A stretch of 64,000 nt of DNA from Congzhengia sp. (GTDB lineage: Bacteria; Bacillota; Clostridia; UBA1381; UBA9506), in assembly GCA_045544215.1 (NCBI GenBank), contig JAZPYM010000076.1:3171-67170 (forward strand), read 5' to 3'. Under the pieces are notes generated by a model that saw only the letters and a list, made by a program, of their open reading frames with translations, searched no databases and was not told the origin of the DNA. The number at the start of each line of letters is the position of its first letter. Position 1 is the stretch's first letter. This document shows, piece after piece, positions 27,389-37,983 of this stretch. Position numbers and translations under genes: made by a program.

Positions 27389-27525
27389 TAGAGAATACAC
27401 TCTATTATATGCACAAAAAACGGAAACATTCCAACAAAAATGTAAGCAAAGCATTACATTTTAATCGTCTTAAACAAAAACGAGCCTGCTGGTTCTGCAA
27501 TGACTCGTTTTAAGCGGATATTTTA

Positions 27526-28218
27526 TTATTTTTTGTATTCCTTAATATATAACAGCACCACAGCCGCAGCATTTTGAGCGGCTGCTTTTAAAAACTTCAT
27601 ATAATCCTTGGCACCTGTGCCGTCTGCACAATCAGAAATGGCGCGAAGAACACAAAATTTTATATTGTTCACATAGCACACATGACCGACGGCGCCTCCT
27701 TCCATTTCTCCTGCTAAAGCGTCAAATGTGTTGCGGATGGTTTCCTTTACTTCGGGAGATGCTAAAAATTTGTCCCCTGTGGCAACGGTGCCCACATAGC
27801 AGTTAATGTTCTGGGCACGAATAGCATTTTTAAGGGCAATACGGGTTTCCTCATCTGTCGGGAATTTCACCATGTTAATACCGGAAATCAACCCCGGCGG
27901 ATCGCCTAAAGGCGTGGTGTCCATATCGTGCTGCAAAACAGCGTCTGCCACAACAATGTCGCCGATGGTAAGCCGGTCAGACAGGGCGCCTGCCACACCG
28001 GTGTTAATAATAACTTCCGGTGCATAATTTAAAATCATTGTCTGGGTGCAGATGGCGGCAAACACTTTGCCCACGCCGCATACTGCCAACACAACCTCTT
28101 TTCCGTAAATGGTTCCTTTTGAATAGGTAATACCGCTGATTACCTGTGTTTCCCGATTTTCCAAAACGCCTAAAAGCGTATTGATTTCTACGCCCATTGC
28201 GCCGATAATTCCAATCAT
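27526..28218 (-). CDS. mtnN: 5'-methylthioadenosine/S-adenosylhomocysteine nucleosidase
   Basis: 230 aa with MIGIIGAMGVE...GVGKV...GEMEG, typical of Pfs. Confidence 0.9.
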   Translation of the reverse strand: MIGIIGAMGVEINTLLGVLENRETQVISGITYSKGTIYGKEVVLAVCGVGKVFAAICTQTMILNYAPEVIINTGVAGALSDRLTIGDIVVADAVLQHDMDTTPLGDPPGLISGINMVKFPTDEETRIALKNAIRAQNINCYVGTVATGDKFLASPEVKETIRNTFDALAGEMEGGAVGHVCYVNNIKFCVLRAISDCADGTGAKDYMKFLKAAAQNAAAVVLLYIKEYKK

Positions 28219-28222
28219 CTTG

Positions 28223-28693
28223 TTAGTCCTCCTTTGGATAGATAAATTGATTGTTGTCCTTTTGCAGTGCCTCTAAATACTGTGCGCACTCTTTTTTTGC
28301 GGCGTCTAAGCATAAGCTGGAGAAATTGCCACACTCAATTTCGCTGTTTCCAAAAACATCCTCTGTGTGCATCATAATATTTTCCAGCGTGTTTATAATC
28401 ACCTGGCGTACAAGATTGTGGTCTGCGTTTCTCACCAACAGATAAAAACCGGTTTGGCATCCCATGGGGCCAAAATACAAAACGGAATCTCCAATTTCAG
28501 AGCTGCGCACATAGGTTGCAAACATATGCTCCAGCGTGTGCATGGTGGCGTGGTCCATATAATCGTTGCAATTGGGTTTTCTGGTACGCAAATCATAGGT
28601 GGTTACATCATCATCTATACGGGAAATATAAAGTCCCGGCGTAATATAGCGGTGGTCTACCTGAAAGCTTGCAATTTTTTTGATTTCTTTCAT
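28223..28693 (-). CDS. luxS: S-ribosylhomocysteine lyase
   Basis: 156 aa with the HTLEHMFA metal site and GPMGCQTGFY. Confidence 0.93.
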   Translation of the reverse strand: MKEIKKIASFQVDHRYITPGLYISRIDDDVTTYDLRTRKPNCNDYMDHATMHTLEHMFATYVRSSEIGDSVLYFGPMGCQTGFYLLVRNADHNLVRQVIINTLENIMMHTEDVFGNSEIECGNFSSLCLDAAKKECAQYLEALQKDNNQFIYPKED

Positions 28694-28704
28694 TCCTGCT
28701 CCTC

Positions 28705-29667
28705 CTAAAGTATCGCTTCTGTTTCCGCAGAAACCAAAACGGGATGCGCAATTTGCAATTCCTTCCTATTTAAGTAGGAAAGAACGCCTGCATCTGTTTG
28801 AAAATTGAATTGTAGTTTGTATGCGATTAATGCTTGTCGATATATGGACAGTTCCTTATTTGGTTTACCATATTTGCCATCACCTAAAAGAGGGTGGCCG
28901 ATGTGCGCCATGTGGGCACGAATTTGGTGTGTTCTGCCGGTAATCAGTTCAACCTCTGCCAAGTCGTGTAACCGGTAGTGTTTTAGCACCTTATATTTGG
29001 TAATCATTTCTTTTGTACCGGGGGCAGGGCTGTCAAATACCCTGGCAAGCTTTGCAGTTTCATCCTTTTTGTGATAGGCGCGCAGTGTCTCTTGCTTCTT
29101 GGGTAGGTGGCCGCACACAATGCAAAGATAGAATTTTTGAATTTCTTTCTGCTTGATTTTTTCGCATAGCACCCGGAGCGCTTCAGCATTTTTTGCTGCC
29201 AACACCAATCCTTGCGTGTTTCGATCAATGCGATGGGCAAGAGTGGGAGCAAAGGTCAAATCCTCCTCCGGCAAATATTCGCCTTTATCATACAAATATT
29301 TTTGAATGCGATGAATTAAGGTGTCGGGGGAGCCGCTTTCGTCTGTATGTACGCTTAACCCCTGGGGCTTGTTGACGGCGATGATGTTTTCATCTTCGTA
29401 CACAATTTCCAGAGGTGCAGATGAGAGAGCCAGAAATTCGTAATTCTGTTTTTGCCCCTCAAAAAATTCGTCGTTGATATACGCCTCCAGTACATCTCCT
29501 GCACAAAGCATAACGCCGCCGTCTGTAATGCGCTTTCCGTTTACCTTGATTTTCTTTTTGCGCAAAGATTTATACACCAGGCTTTTGGGCATGGTTTTCA
29601 GCGTTTTCATTAAAAATTTGTCAAGACGCTGACCGGCATCATTTTTTGTAATGGTAAATACTTTCAT
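28705..29667 (-). CDS. RluA-family pseudouridine synthase with S4 domain
   Basis: 320 aa. HRIDRNTQGLVL is the catalytic Asp motif, followed by GRTHQIRAH. Confidence 0.85.
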   Translation of the reverse strand: MKVFTITKNDAGQRLDKFLMKTLKTMPKSLVYKSLRKKKIKVNGKRITDGGVMLCAGDVLEAYINDEFFEGQKQNYEFLALSSAPLEIVYEDENIIAVNKPQGLSVHTDESGSPDTLIHRIQKYLYDKGEYLPEEDLTFAPTLAHRIDRNTQGLVLAAKNAEALRVLCEKIKQKEIQKFYLCIVCGHLPKKQETLRAYHKKDETAKLARVFDSPAPGTKEMITKYKVLKHYRLHDLAEVELITGRTHQIRAHMAHIGHPLLGDGKYGKPNKELSIYRQALIAYKLQFNFQTDAGVLSYLNRKELQIAHPVLVSAETEAIL

Positions 29668-29696
29668 AGTTTCTTCCTTTTATATATAGTACCATC

Positions 29697-29725
29697 ATTA
29701 TATCATATAGAGGTCGTAGTTTCAA
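29697..29725 (-). promoter_or_regulatory. Sigma-70-type promoter of the rluA-luxS-mtnN operon
   Basis: On the minus strand: TTGAAA (29725-29720), 17 nt, TGa-TATAAT (29702-29697). Confidence 0.55.
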
Positions 29726-29827
29726 TGAATTTTGCGGTAATTTTTGTATGTGAAATATGCATAATAACGAAGGTGTTTTCAGCAAAAAGTTTGTGAAATA
29801 TTTTTTTCGCATTTTTGTTAAAAAAAC

Positions 29828-29856
29828 TTGCAAACACTGCACAATTATAGTATAAT
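29828..29856 (+). promoter_or_regulatory. Sigma-70-type promoter of the S10 ribosomal protein operon
   Basis: TTGCAA (29828-29833), 17 nt, TATAAT (29851-29856). Confidence 0.6.
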
Positions 29857-30174
29857 GTAAGGGCTGTGACATGGCATACGAGGAAGTGGGAGGTTGCCGC
29901 ACGCTTTGTGCGGGTTTTTCCATGGAGAATGTCCGATTCATGAAACCGGGCGACAGTCATACGCAAAACGGCTTACTTTGTGCAGTAAACGCTGCGGGTA
30001 TTATTATGCCTGTGGCATGTGTCCGTTTGTGCAATTTGGCTAATTTCTGAGACCCGGAGACCGAATGAATGGTTTTCGGCATTATTTATGAGCAGGCACT
30101 AAACGCCCGGCTCGGTGTCTTAGAAAAAAGTCGTTCCATCACAGACAAAAAATTGATTTAAGGAGGAAACACAA
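29857..30174 (+). promoter_or_regulatory. Long (~310 nt) structured leader of the S10 operon with an early terminator-like hairpin
   Basis: CCGCACgctttGTGCGG followed by GTTTTT at 29897-29919. Several further GC-rich hairpins follow. No annotated gene lies between the promoter and rpsJ. Confidence 0.4.
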
Positions 30175-30489
30175 ATGGCACAAGCAAACCAGAAGATGAG
30201 AATTCGTCTCAAATCCTACGACCATGTATTGCTGGATCAGTCCGCTGCAAAGATCGTAGAAACAGCCAAGAGAAACGGAGCAAAGGTATCAGGCCCTATT
30301 CCGCTTCCCACAAAGAAGGAAATTGTTACAATCCTTCGTGCTGTTCACAAGTACAAGGATTCCAGAGAACAGTTTGAGATGAGAACTCACAAAAGATTAA
30401 TTGAAATCGCAATGCCCACTGCAAAGACAGTCGATGCTTTGATGAGAATCGAGCTTCCTGCAGGTGTTGACATTGAGATAAAGAACTAA
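30175..30489 (+). CDS. rpsJ: 30S ribosomal protein S10
   Basis: 104 aa, [17 protein letters not shown]..., with SD AAGGAGG. Confidence 0.97.
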   Translation: MAQANQKMRIRLKSYDHVLLDQSAAKIVETAKRNGAKVSGPIPLPTKKEIVTILRAVHKYKDSREQFEMRTHKRLIEIAMPTAKTVDALMRIELPAGVDIEIKN

Positions 30490-30617
30490 GCAATTTGCTT
30501 AGTGCAAGCTGCCGAGCGGCTTGACAAAAAGGCACTGCCGCAAGAAACACACACAGCGGCGGGTCATGTTCACCGGAAATGCTTGGTGAACCAATAACCA
30601 ATATTGGAGGTGCTTTT

Positions 30618-31247
30618 ATGAAAAAAGCGATTTTAGGTAAAAAGCTTGGCATGACACAGCTTTTCGGCGAAAACGGCGCTTTGATTCCCGTTACAGTCGT
30701 TGAAGCAGGTCCATGCAGAGTGATTCAGAAAAAGACAATCGACAGTGACGGCTATGAAGCTGTTCAGGTCGGCTTCGGTGAGAAAAAGGAAAAGCACACA
30801 CCGAAAGCAATGCAAGGACATTTTAAAAAGGCAGGAACCGGATATATGAAATATCTCCGCGAGCTGAAGCTTGAAAATTCCTCCGAAATGAATGTCGGCG
30901 ATGAAATCAAAGCAGATGTATTCGCTGCTGGTGATGCAGTTGATGTAACAGGCATCACAAAAGGTAAAGGTTATGCTGGCCCGATCAAAAGATGGGGCGC
31001 ACACAGAGGTCCTATGACCCACGGTTCTGGTTACCACAGAGGTCCCGGTTCCTTGGGCGCATGCTCCACACCTTCTCGTGTAATGAAGGGTAAGAAGCTT
31101 GCCGGACACTTGGGTGTTGAACGAGTAACAATTCAGAATCTTGAAGTCGTTTTGGTTGATGTTGAAAAGAATGTCATCGCAATCAAAGGCGCAATTCCCG
31201 GCCCCAAAGGCGGCATGGTTATCATCAAAGATTCTGTTAAGGCATAA
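30618..31247 (+). CDS. rplC: 50S ribosomal protein L3
   Basis: [16 protein letters not shown] from the ATG at 30618, after GGAGG. The ORF-track start at 30579 is an upstream alternative codon. Confidence 0.95.
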   Translation: MKKAILGKKLGMTQLFGENGALIPVTVVEAGPCRVIQKKTIDSDGYEAVQVGFGEKKEKHTPKAMQGHFKKAGTGYMKYLRELKLENSSEMNVGDEIKADVFAAGDAVDVTGITKGKGYAGPIKRWGAHRGPMTHGSGYHRGPGSLGACSTPSRVMKGKKLAGHLGVERVTIQNLEVVLVDVEKNVIAIKGAIPGPKGGMVIIKDSVKA

Positions 31248-31277
31248 CAAATATCGGATACGAAAGGAGGAAGTGAA

Positions 31278-31901
31278 ATGCCTAACGCGAAATTATTTAA
31301 CATGGAAGGTAAAGAAGTCGGTACCTGCGCGCTGAGCGATGCAGTGTTTGGGATTGAACCCAGCAAATCGGCTATGCATACAGTAGTTGTTAGCTATCTT
31401 GGCAATCAAAGACAGGGCACACAGAGTGCGTTGACCCGTGCGGAAGTTCGTGGCGGTGGTATTAAACCTTGGCGCCAGAAGGGAACAGGTCGTGCAAGAC
31501 AGGGTTCCATCAGAAGTCCCCAGTGGACCGGTGGTGGCGTAGTATTCGCACCGAAGCCGAGAAGCTACAGAACAAGCGTAAACAAAAAAATCAAACAGCT
31601 TGCAATGCGCTCTGCGCTTTCTGCAAAGCTTGCTGATAATGAAATGCTTCTTTTAGATGCAATCCGCGTGGAAGAAGCAAAAACCAAGGCAATCGTTACA
31701 ATGCTCAAAAACCTGGAGGTTTCTGAAAAGACATTAATCGTTTTGGCTGACAGAGACGAAAGTGTATATCTTGCAGCTCGAAACATCCCCGGTGTTTCCG
31801 TATCTTATGTTGGAATGCTGAATGTATATGAGCTTCTCAAATACAAGAAGGTTATTTTAGCAAAAGACGCCGCCGATAAATTAGGGGAGGTGTACGCGTA
31901 A
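31278..31901 (+). CDS. rplD: 50S ribosomal protein L4
   Basis: 207 aa with ...[15 protein letters not shown]... Confidence 0.96.
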   Translation: MPNAKLFNMEGKEVGTCALSDAVFGIEPSKSAMHTVVVSYLGNQRQGTQSALTRAEVRGGGIKPWRQKGTGRARQGSIRSPQWTGGGVVFAPKPRSYRTSVNKKIKQLAMRSALSAKLADNEMLLLDAIRVEEAKTKAIVTMLKNLEVSEKTLIVLADRDESVYLAARNIPGVSVSYVGMLNVYELLKYKKVILAKDAADKLGEVYA

Positions 31902-32194
31902 TGAAAAGTGCATACGATATTATTTTAAAGCCCGTCATTACCGAAAACAGCATGGATATGTTGGCAGACAAAAAGTATACTTTTAAAGTAGCAACCGATG
32001 CCAACAAAATCGAAATCAAAAAAGCCGTTGAAGAAATTTTCGGCGTAAAGGTTTCTAAGGTTACCACCATCAACATGGATGGCAAACTGAAGAGAATGGG
32101 CAGAAACGAAGGCAGAAGAGCCGCTTATAAGAAAGCTGTTGTAAAACTGACAGAGGACAGCAAAACCATCGAGTTCTTCGACAGCATGGTTTAA
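31901..32194 (+). CDS. rplW: 50S ribosomal protein L23
   Basis: 97 aa. [10 protein letters not shown]. Start overlaps the rplD stop (TAATG). Confidence 0.95.
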   Translation: MKSAYDIILKPVITENSMDMLADKKYTFKVATDANKIEIKKAVEEIFGVKVSKVTTINMDGKLKRMGRNEGRRAAYKKAVVKLTEDSKTIEFFDSMV

Positions 32195-32224
32195 TTAACG
32201 ATTCAGAATTAAGGAGTGAATAGG

Positions 32225-33058
32225 ATGCCGATAAAAAAATATAATCCTACTTCCCCGGCAAGAAGATTCATGACGGTTTCCACCTTTGATGAAATCACAA
32301 AGACAGAACCGGAACGCTCATTGCTTGAGCCCATGAACAAAACCGGCGGTAGGAACAGCTATGGCAGAATCACCGTTCGTCACAGAGGCGGCGGCAACAG
32401 AAGAAAGTACAGAGTAATTGACTTTAAGAGAAACAAGGTTGGTATTTCAACCGTAATTGGTGTTGAATACGACCCCAACCGTTCTGCAAACATCGCATTG
32501 GTTGAGTACGAAGATGGCGAAAGAAGATACATCTTGGCTCCCTTGGGTGTGACAGACGGCGCAAAGATTGACACAAACCCCGAAGGCGCAGACATTAAGC
32601 CCGGTAACGCAATGCACATTGCCAACATTCCCGTTGGTACATTGATTCATAACATTGAGCTCCGTCCTGGTAAAGGCGGTCAGCTTGTTAGAACAGCTGG
32701 TGCTTCTGCACAGCTCATGGCAAAAGAAGGAAAATACGCACAGGTTCGTCTTCCTTCCGGCGAAGTTCGCTTGATTGCTATGAACTGCATGGCTACCATC
32801 GGACAGATTGGTAACTTAGACCATGAAAATGTATCCATTGGTAAAGCCGGCAGAAAACGCCACATGGGTTGGAGACCTACTGTTCGTGGTTCTGTAATGA
32901 ACCCCTGCGACCATCCGCATGGTGGTGGTGAAGGTAAGTCCCCTGTTGGTCGTCCCGGACCGGTAACACCTTGGGGCAAACCGGCACTTGGTCTTAAGAC
33001 CAGAAAGAAAAAGAACTTGAATGACAAGTTCATCGTAAAGAGAAGAAACGATAAGTAA
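32225..33058 (+). CDS. rplB: 50S ribosomal protein L2
   Basis: [14 protein letters not shown]...GGGEGK, from the ATG at 32225 after AGGAG. Confidence 0.96.
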   Translation: MPIKKYNPTSPARRFMTVSTFDEITKTEPERSLLEPMNKTGGRNSYGRITVRHRGGGNRRKYRVIDFKRNKVGISTVIGVEYDPNRSANIALVEYEDGERRYILAPLGVTDGAKIDTNPEGADIKPGNAMHIANIPVGTLIHNIELRPGKGGQLVRTAGASAQLMAKEGKYAQVRLPSGEVRLIAMNCMATIGQIGNLDHENVSIGKAGRKRHMGWRPTVRGSVMNPCDHPHGGGEGKSPVGRPGPVTPWGKPALGLKTRKKKNLNDKFIVKRRNDK

Positions 33059-33120
33059 TCACTGAAAGTGGATATCCGGGGGAGTTCCCCCGGGGAAATC
33101 TTCGGCGAAGGAGGATTAAG

Positions 33121-33396
33121 ATGGGTAGATCGGTTAAAAAAGGACCTTTCGTACAGGAAAGACTGTTGGCAAGAATCGTGAAAATGAACGAAGCCAATGA
33201 AAAAAGAGTTTTAAAGACATGGTCAAGAAGCTCAACCATTTTCCCTGAAATGGTAGGACATACCATCGCAGTGCACGACGGCAGAAAGCATGTGCCGGTG
33301 TTTATCTCGGAAGATATGGTTGGACACAAGCTCGGTGAATTTGCACCGACAAGAACATTCAAAGGTCATGCCGGAAATAAAACAAGCGGTAAATAA
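33121..33396 (+). CDS. rpsS: 30S ribosomal protein S19
   Basis: 91 aa, [10 protein letters not shown]... Confidence 0.97.
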   Translation: MGRSVKKGPFVQERLLARIVKMNEANEKRVLKTWSRSSTIFPEMVGHTIAVHDGRKHVPVFISEDMVGHKLGEFAPTRTFKGHAGNKTSGK

Positions 33397-33426
33397 TATT
33401 TCCTTTTAAAGAGAGGAGGAGTCATT

Positions 33427-33768
33427 GTGGAAGCAAGAGCAAAACTTAGTTACGCTCGGATTTCATCCAGAAAAGTAAAAATCGTAATCGATATGATTCG
33501 AAATAAAACGGTTGGCGAAGCATTGGGTATTTTAAAGAATACACCAAAGGCAGCAAGTGAGCTTTTAATCAAGTTGTTGAATTCTGCTGCAGCAAACGCA
33601 GTAAACAATCACAACATGGACAAAAACAGCCTTTATGTTGCTGAAATTTTCGCAAACCAGGGCCCCACACTTAAGAGGGTTCGCCCCAGAGCGCAGGGTA
33701 GAGCGTTCAGAATTAGAAAAAGAACAAGCCATATCACCATCGTGTTGAAAGAGCTTGAACAGAAATAA
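33427..33768 (+). CDS. rplV: 50S ribosomal protein L22
   Basis: 113 aa, GTG start after GAGGAGG, ...ARISSRKVK... Confidence 0.95.
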   Translation: MEARAKLSYARISSRKVKIVIDMIRNKTVGEALGILKNTPKAASELLIKLLNSAAANAVNNHNMDKNSLYVAEIFANQGPTLKRVRPRAQGRAFRIRKRTSHITIVLKELEQK

Positions 33769-33791
33769 TAAAAGAAGGAGGTAGAGTCAGT

Positions 33792-34454
33792 TTGGGACAG
33801 AAAGTACATCCACACGGTTTAAGAGTTGGTATTATTAAGGACTGGGATTCCAAGTGGTTTGCAAATGACCGCGATTTTGGTGATTACCTGGTCGAAGACT
33901 ATAAATTAAGAAAATTCTTAAAGAAACAGTTATTTGCTGCAGGCGTTGCAAAAATTGAAATCGAGCGTACAGCAAAGAGAGTAAAGGTTAACATTTTTGC
34001 TGCAAAACCCGGTATCATCATCGGTAAAGGCGGCAGTGAAATCGAGAAGGTTAAAAAGCAGTTAGAGGACATGACAGGCAAGAGCGTTGCTTTAAACATT
34101 GAAGAAGTAAAGCAGCCCGACATGAACGCACAGCTGGTTGCAGAAAACATTGCAGGACAGCTTGAGCGCAGAATTTCATTCAGAAAAGCAATGAAGTCTA
34201 CCATGGGCAGAGCAATGAAACTTGGCGCAAAGGGTATTAAAACCACATGTTCCGGTCGTTTGGGCGGTGCTGAAATTGCACGGTCTGAGCACTATCATGA
34301 GGGTACAATCCCGCTGCAGACCTTAAGAGCAGACATCGACTATGGCTTCTGGGAAGCAAACACAACCTACGGCAAAATCGGTGTTAAGGTCTGGATTTAT
34401 AAAGGAGAAATCCTTCCCGAGAGTAAAAAGATTAAGACTGAGGGAGGTAAATAA
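33792..34454 (+). CDS. rpsC: 30S ribosomal protein S3
   Basis: 220 aa, [13 protein letters not shown]..., TTG start after AAGGAGG. Confidence 0.96.
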   Translation: MGQKVHPHGLRVGIIKDWDSKWFANDRDFGDYLVEDYKLRKFLKKQLFAAGVAKIEIERTAKRVKVNIFAAKPGIIIGKGGSEIEKVKKQLEDMTGKSVALNIEEVKQPDMNAQLVAENIAGQLERRISFRKAMKSTMGRAMKLGAKGIKTTCSGRLGGAEIARSEHYHEGTIPLQTLRADIDYGFWEANTTYGKIGVKVWIYKGEILPESKKIKTEGGK

Positions 34455-34457
34455 GAC

Positions 34458-34883
34458 ATGTTATTACCGAAAAGAGTGAAATACAGAAGAGTAATGCGTG
34501 GCAGAATGAAGGGTAAGGCAAACCGCGGTAACACAATTACCTACGGAAGCTACGGTCTTCAGGCTTTGGAATCCTCTTGGATTACAAGCAACCAGATTGA
34601 GGCTGCCCGTATCGCTATGACCCGTTATATCAAAAGAGGCGGTCAGGTTTGGATTAAAATTTTCCCCGACAAGCCCGTAACCGAAAAGCCGGCTGAAACC
34701 CGAATGGGTTCTGGTAAAGGTTCTCCGGAATACTGGGTAGCTGTTGTAAAGCCTGGCAGAATCCTTTTTGAGATTGACGGCGTTTCAGAAGAAATTGCAA
34801 GAGAGGCACTTCGTCTTGCTATGCACAAACTTCCTATTAAGTGTAAGTTTGTAGCCCGCGAAGCTGAAGAAATGGAGGGTTAA
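34458..34883 (+). CDS. rplP: 50S ribosomal protein L16
   Basis: 141 aa, [11 protein letters not shown]... Confidence 0.97.
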   Translation: MLLPKRVKYRRVMRGRMKGKANRGNTITYGSYGLQALESSWITSNQIEAARIAMTRYIKRGGQVWIKIFPDKPVTEKPAETRMGSGKGSPEYWVAVVKPGRILFEIDGVSEEIAREALRLAMHKLPIKCKFVAREAEEMEG

Positions 34884-34886
34884 TCA

Positions 34887-35081
34887 ATGAAGGTAAACGA
34901 AATTCGCGAATTAAGCGGAACAGAACTGGAAACTACTCTCGCTGACCTGAAAAAAGAACTCTTTAACCTTAGATTTCAGAATGCTACAAATCAGTTGGAA
35001 AACCCAATGAGAATCCACGAGGTTAAAAAGACCATTGCCAAGATTAAGACAGTCATGGCAGAGCGGAAGCTTGCAGAGTAA
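34887..35081 (+). CDS. rpmC: 50S ribosomal protein L29
   Basis: 64 aa, ...[27 protein letters not shown]... Confidence 0.95.
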   Translation: MKVNEIRELSGTELETTLADLKKELFNLRFQNATNQLENPMRIHEVKKTIAKIKTVMAERKLAE

Positions 35082-35106
35082 ATAATGCTTTGAAAGGAGT
35101 GTAATC

Positions 35107-35367
35107 ATGGCAGAAACCAGAAATTTCAGAAAACAGAGAATTGGTAGAGTTGTCAGCGATAAAATGGACAAAACCATCGTCGTTGCAATTGAATATAACG
35201 TTAAACACCCTCTTTACGGCAAAATCATAAAGAGAACTTACAAGCTGAAGGCGCATGATGAAAATAACACATGTGGCATTGGCGATAAGGTGTTGGTTAT
35301 GGAAACAAAACCGATTTCCAAGGATAAGAGATGGAGATTGGTAAGCATTTTGGAAAAAGCACAATAA
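35107..35367 (+). CDS. rpsQ: 30S ribosomal protein S17
   Basis: 86 aa, ...[16 protein letters not shown]... Confidence 0.96.
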   Translation: MAETRNFRKQRIGRVVSDKMDKTIVVAIEYNVKHPLYGKIIKRTYKLKAHDENNTCGIGDKVLVMETKPISKDKRWRLVSILEKAQ

Positions 35368-35395
35368 TCGATATTAAGAAACGGAGGTAACCAAT

Positions 35396-35764
35396 ATGAT
35401 TCAACAGCAGACGCTTTTGAAGGTTGCGGATAACACCGGAGCAAAAGAACTGATGTGTATCAGAGTATTGGGCGGTTCTAAAAGAAGATATGCGGCAATC
35501 GGCGATGTGGTTGTTGCTTCTGTTAAAAAGTCAACGCCCGGCGGAGTGGTTAAAAAAGGTGATGTCGTTAAGGCAGTCATCGTAAGATCGGTTTCCGGCG
35601 TAAGACGAAATGACGGAACATACATCAAGTTTGACGAAAATGCAGCCGTTATCATTAAGGACGACAAGAACCCGAGAGGCACCCGTATCTTTGGACCTGT
35701 AGCAAGAGAGCTGAGGGAAAAAGAATACATGAAGATTCTCTCGTTAGCGCCTGAGGTACTCTAA
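35396..35764 (+). CDS. rplN: 50S ribosomal protein L14
   Basis: 122 aa, [18 protein letters not shown]... Confidence 0.97.
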   Translation: MIQQQTLLKVADNTGAKELMCIRVLGGSKRRYAAIGDVVVASVKKSTPGGVVKKGDVVKAVIVRSVSGVRRNDGTYIKFDENAAVIIKDDKNPRGTRIFGPVARELREKEYMKILSLAPEVL

Positions 35765-35799
35765 GTTTTTAACCAGTTAAATGAAGGAGGAGCCGAAAA

Positions 35800-36123
35800 A
35801 TGGCAAAAATGAATATTAAATCCGGCGACGAAGTCGTTGTCATTTCCGGAAAAGATAAAGGTAAAAAGGGTAAAATCATTGAGGTTTTACCGAAGGTTGG
35901 CAAGGCCATTGTTGAAGGTGTTGCAGTTGCAACAAAGCACAAAAAGCCCAGAGCACAGGGACAGACCGGCGGCATTATCAAGCAGGAACTCCCCGTTGAT
36001 GCATCCAATCTTATGGTTGTTTGCAGCAAGTGCAAAAAAGCAACAAGAGCTGCACACAAAGTGTTAGAGGATGGCAGCATTGTTCGCTACTGCAAAAAGT
36101 GCGGAGAAACCTTTAACGACTAA
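35800..36123 (+). CDS. rplX: 50S ribosomal protein L24
   Basis: 107 aa with the KOW motif GDEVVVISGKDKGKKGKI. It carries a C-terminal Cys cluster (CSKC...YCKKCG). Confidence 0.95.
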   Translation: MAKMNIKSGDEVVVISGKDKGKKGKIIEVLPKVGKAIVEGVAVATKHKKPRAQGQTGGIIKQELPVDASNLMVVCSKCKKATRAAHKVLEDGSIVRYCKKCGETFND

Positions 36124-36149
36124 TTTTGCAAAAGGAGGTAAAATAGCAG

Positions 36150-36692
36150 ATGGCAAGATTGCAAGAAAAATACAGCAAGGAAGTTGCACCGGCTTTGATG
36201 GAAAAGTATTCCTACAAAAGCACAATGCAGATTCCGAAGCTTGAAAAAATTGTTATTAACATCGGTTGCGGCGAAGCAAAAGATAACGCAAAAGCGTTAG
36301 ACGGCGCAGTAAGCGATTTGGAACAAATCACAGGCCAGAAGCCTGTTATTACAAAGGCAAGAAAATCTGTGGCTTCCTTTAAAGTCAGGGAAGGCATGAA
36401 CATTGGCTGCAAGGTAACACTTCGTGGCAGCAAGATGTATGAATTTTTAGACAGATTTTTTAATGTTGCACTTCCGCGTGTAAGAGACTTCCGCGGAATC
36501 AATCCGGATTCTTTTGACGGACGCGGTAACTACTGCGTAGGTGTTAAAGAACAGTTGATTTTCCCCGAGATTGATTACGACAAAATTGATAAAATCAGAG
36601 GTATGGATATCATCATGGTAACAACGGCTCGCACAGACGAAGAAGCAAGAGAGCTTCTGAAGCTGATGGGTGCACCGTTTGCCACGAAGTAA
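36150..36692 (+). CDS. rplE: 50S ribosomal protein L5
   Basis: 180 aa, MARLQEKY...NIGCGEA... Confidence 0.96.
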   Translation: MARLQEKYSKEVAPALMEKYSYKSTMQIPKLEKIVINIGCGEAKDNAKALDGAVSDLEQITGQKPVITKARKSVASFKVREGMNIGCKVTLRGSKMYEFLDRFFNVALPRVRDFRGINPDSFDGRGNYCVGVKEQLIFPEIDYDKIDKIRGMDIIMVTTARTDEEARELLKLMGAPFATK

Positions 36693-36715
36693 TTCGTGTA
36701 GAGGAGGAATAACAA

Positions 36716-36901
36716 ATGGCTAAAAAAGCGATGGTTAACAAACAACGCCTGACGCCTAAGTTCAGCACAAGAGCATATAACAGATGCAAAATCTGCGGTC
36801 GTCCTCACGCGTACCTCAGAAAATATGGTATCTGCCGTATTTGCTTCAGGGAACTTGCTTACAAAGGTCAGATTCCCGGTGTGAAAAAGGCAAGCTGGTA
36901 A
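36716..36901 (+). CDS. rpsZ: 30S ribosomal protein S14, zinc-binding type Z
   Basis: 61 aa, [20 protein letters not shown]. Confidence 0.95.
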   Translation: MAKKAMVNKQRLTPKFSTRAYNRCKICGRPHAYLRKYGICRICFRELAYKGQIPGVKKASW

Positions 36902-36932
36902 GGATTTTTAAATTCGGAAGGAGGTTATAAAG

Positions 36933-37328
36933 ATGCATACAACCGATCCTATCGCAGATATGCTTACAAGAATCAGAAATGCAAACTCTGCAAAGCATGT
37001 TTGTGTAGATGTTCCTGCATCCAATGTGAAAAAGGCAATCGCTGAAATTCTGTTGGAAGAGGGCTATATTAAAAATTATCAAATCATTGAGGACGGAAAA
37101 CAGGATATTATCCGAATCGCTCTTAAATACAACGGAAAAGAAAAAGCAATTTCCGGTCTTAAGAGAGTTTCAACACCCGGTCTCAGAATATATAAGAGCA
37201 AAGAGGAGCTCCCGAAAGTGCTCCGCGGCTTAGGTATTGCAATCGTTTCAACATCCAAAGGCATTATGACCGATAAAAAGGCAAGAAAAGAAAATGTTGG
37301 CGGAGAAGTTATGGCGTTTGTATGGTAA
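36933..37328 (+). CDS. rpsH: 30S ribosomal protein S8
   Basis: 131 aa, ...[13 protein letters not shown]... Confidence 0.97.
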   Translation: MHTTDPIADMLTRIRNANSAKHVCVDVPASNVKKAIAEILLEEGYIKNYQIIEDGKQDIIRIALKYNGKEKAISGLKRVSTPGLRIYKSKEELPKVLRGLGIAIVSTSKGIMTDKKARKENVGGEVMAFVW

Positions 37329-37356
37329 GCCATATAAAATAAGGAGGTGCAAGTAA

Positions 37357-37902
37357 GTGTCAAGAATAGGTAGAATGCCAATCGCGGTTCCCGCAGGCGT
37401 AACTGTTACCATTGCAGACGGCAATGTGGTTACCGTAAAAGGACCGAAAGGCACGCTGACAAAGGAATTACATCCTGACATGATTATTAAGACAGAGGGC
37501 AACGAACTGACCGTTTCTCGTCCTTCTGAAATAAAGATGCACAAAGCGCTTCACGGTTTAACCAGAACATTACTCAGCAACATGATTGTTGGTGTTACAG
37601 ACGGTTTCGAAAAGAAATTGGAAGTAAACGGTGTAGGTTACAGAGCGCAGCTGCAGGGCAAAAAGCTTGTAATGAACTTAGGTTACTCTCACTCTGTTGA
37701 GATGGACCCTGTTGATGGTGTTACAATCGAAGTGCCTTCTGCAAACGAAATTATCATCAAAGGTATCGACAACCAGGTGGTAGGTCAGTTTGCAGCAAAA
37801 GTTCGTGAAAAGAGACCCCCCGAACCGTATAAGGGCAAGGGTATTAAGTATGCCACAGAACACATCAGACGCAAGGAAGGCAAGACAGGCGGTAAGAAAT
37901 AA
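37357..37902 (+). CDS. rplF: 50S ribosomal protein L6
   Basis: 181 aa, MSRIGRMPI..., GTG start after AAGGAGG. Confidence 0.96.
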   Translation: MSRIGRMPIAVPAGVTVTIADGNVVTVKGPKGTLTKELHPDMIIKTEGNELTVSRPSEIKMHKALHGLTRTLLSNMIVGVTDGFEKKLEVNGVGYRAQLQGKKLVMNLGYSHSVEMDPVDGVTIEVPSANEIIIKGIDNQVVGQFAAKVREKRPPEPYKGKGIKYATEHIRRKEGKTGGKK

Positions 37903-37983
37903 TCTTAAGGCTCGTCTTTCCCGCATGTTAGAAATTATGGCAAAATCCATGATTTTAATGGCATTAAAAAGGAGTGAATCGAA

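Noticed and set aside
30633-31250. 205-aa minus-strand ORF opposite rplC
   Set aside because: It is antisense to the conserved L3 gene, so it is a shadow ORF. Many similar antisense ORFs across the ribosomal cluster (for example 32680-33033, 33030-33362, 33899-34246, 35401-35730, 38777-39130, 40017-40457) were rejected for the same reason.
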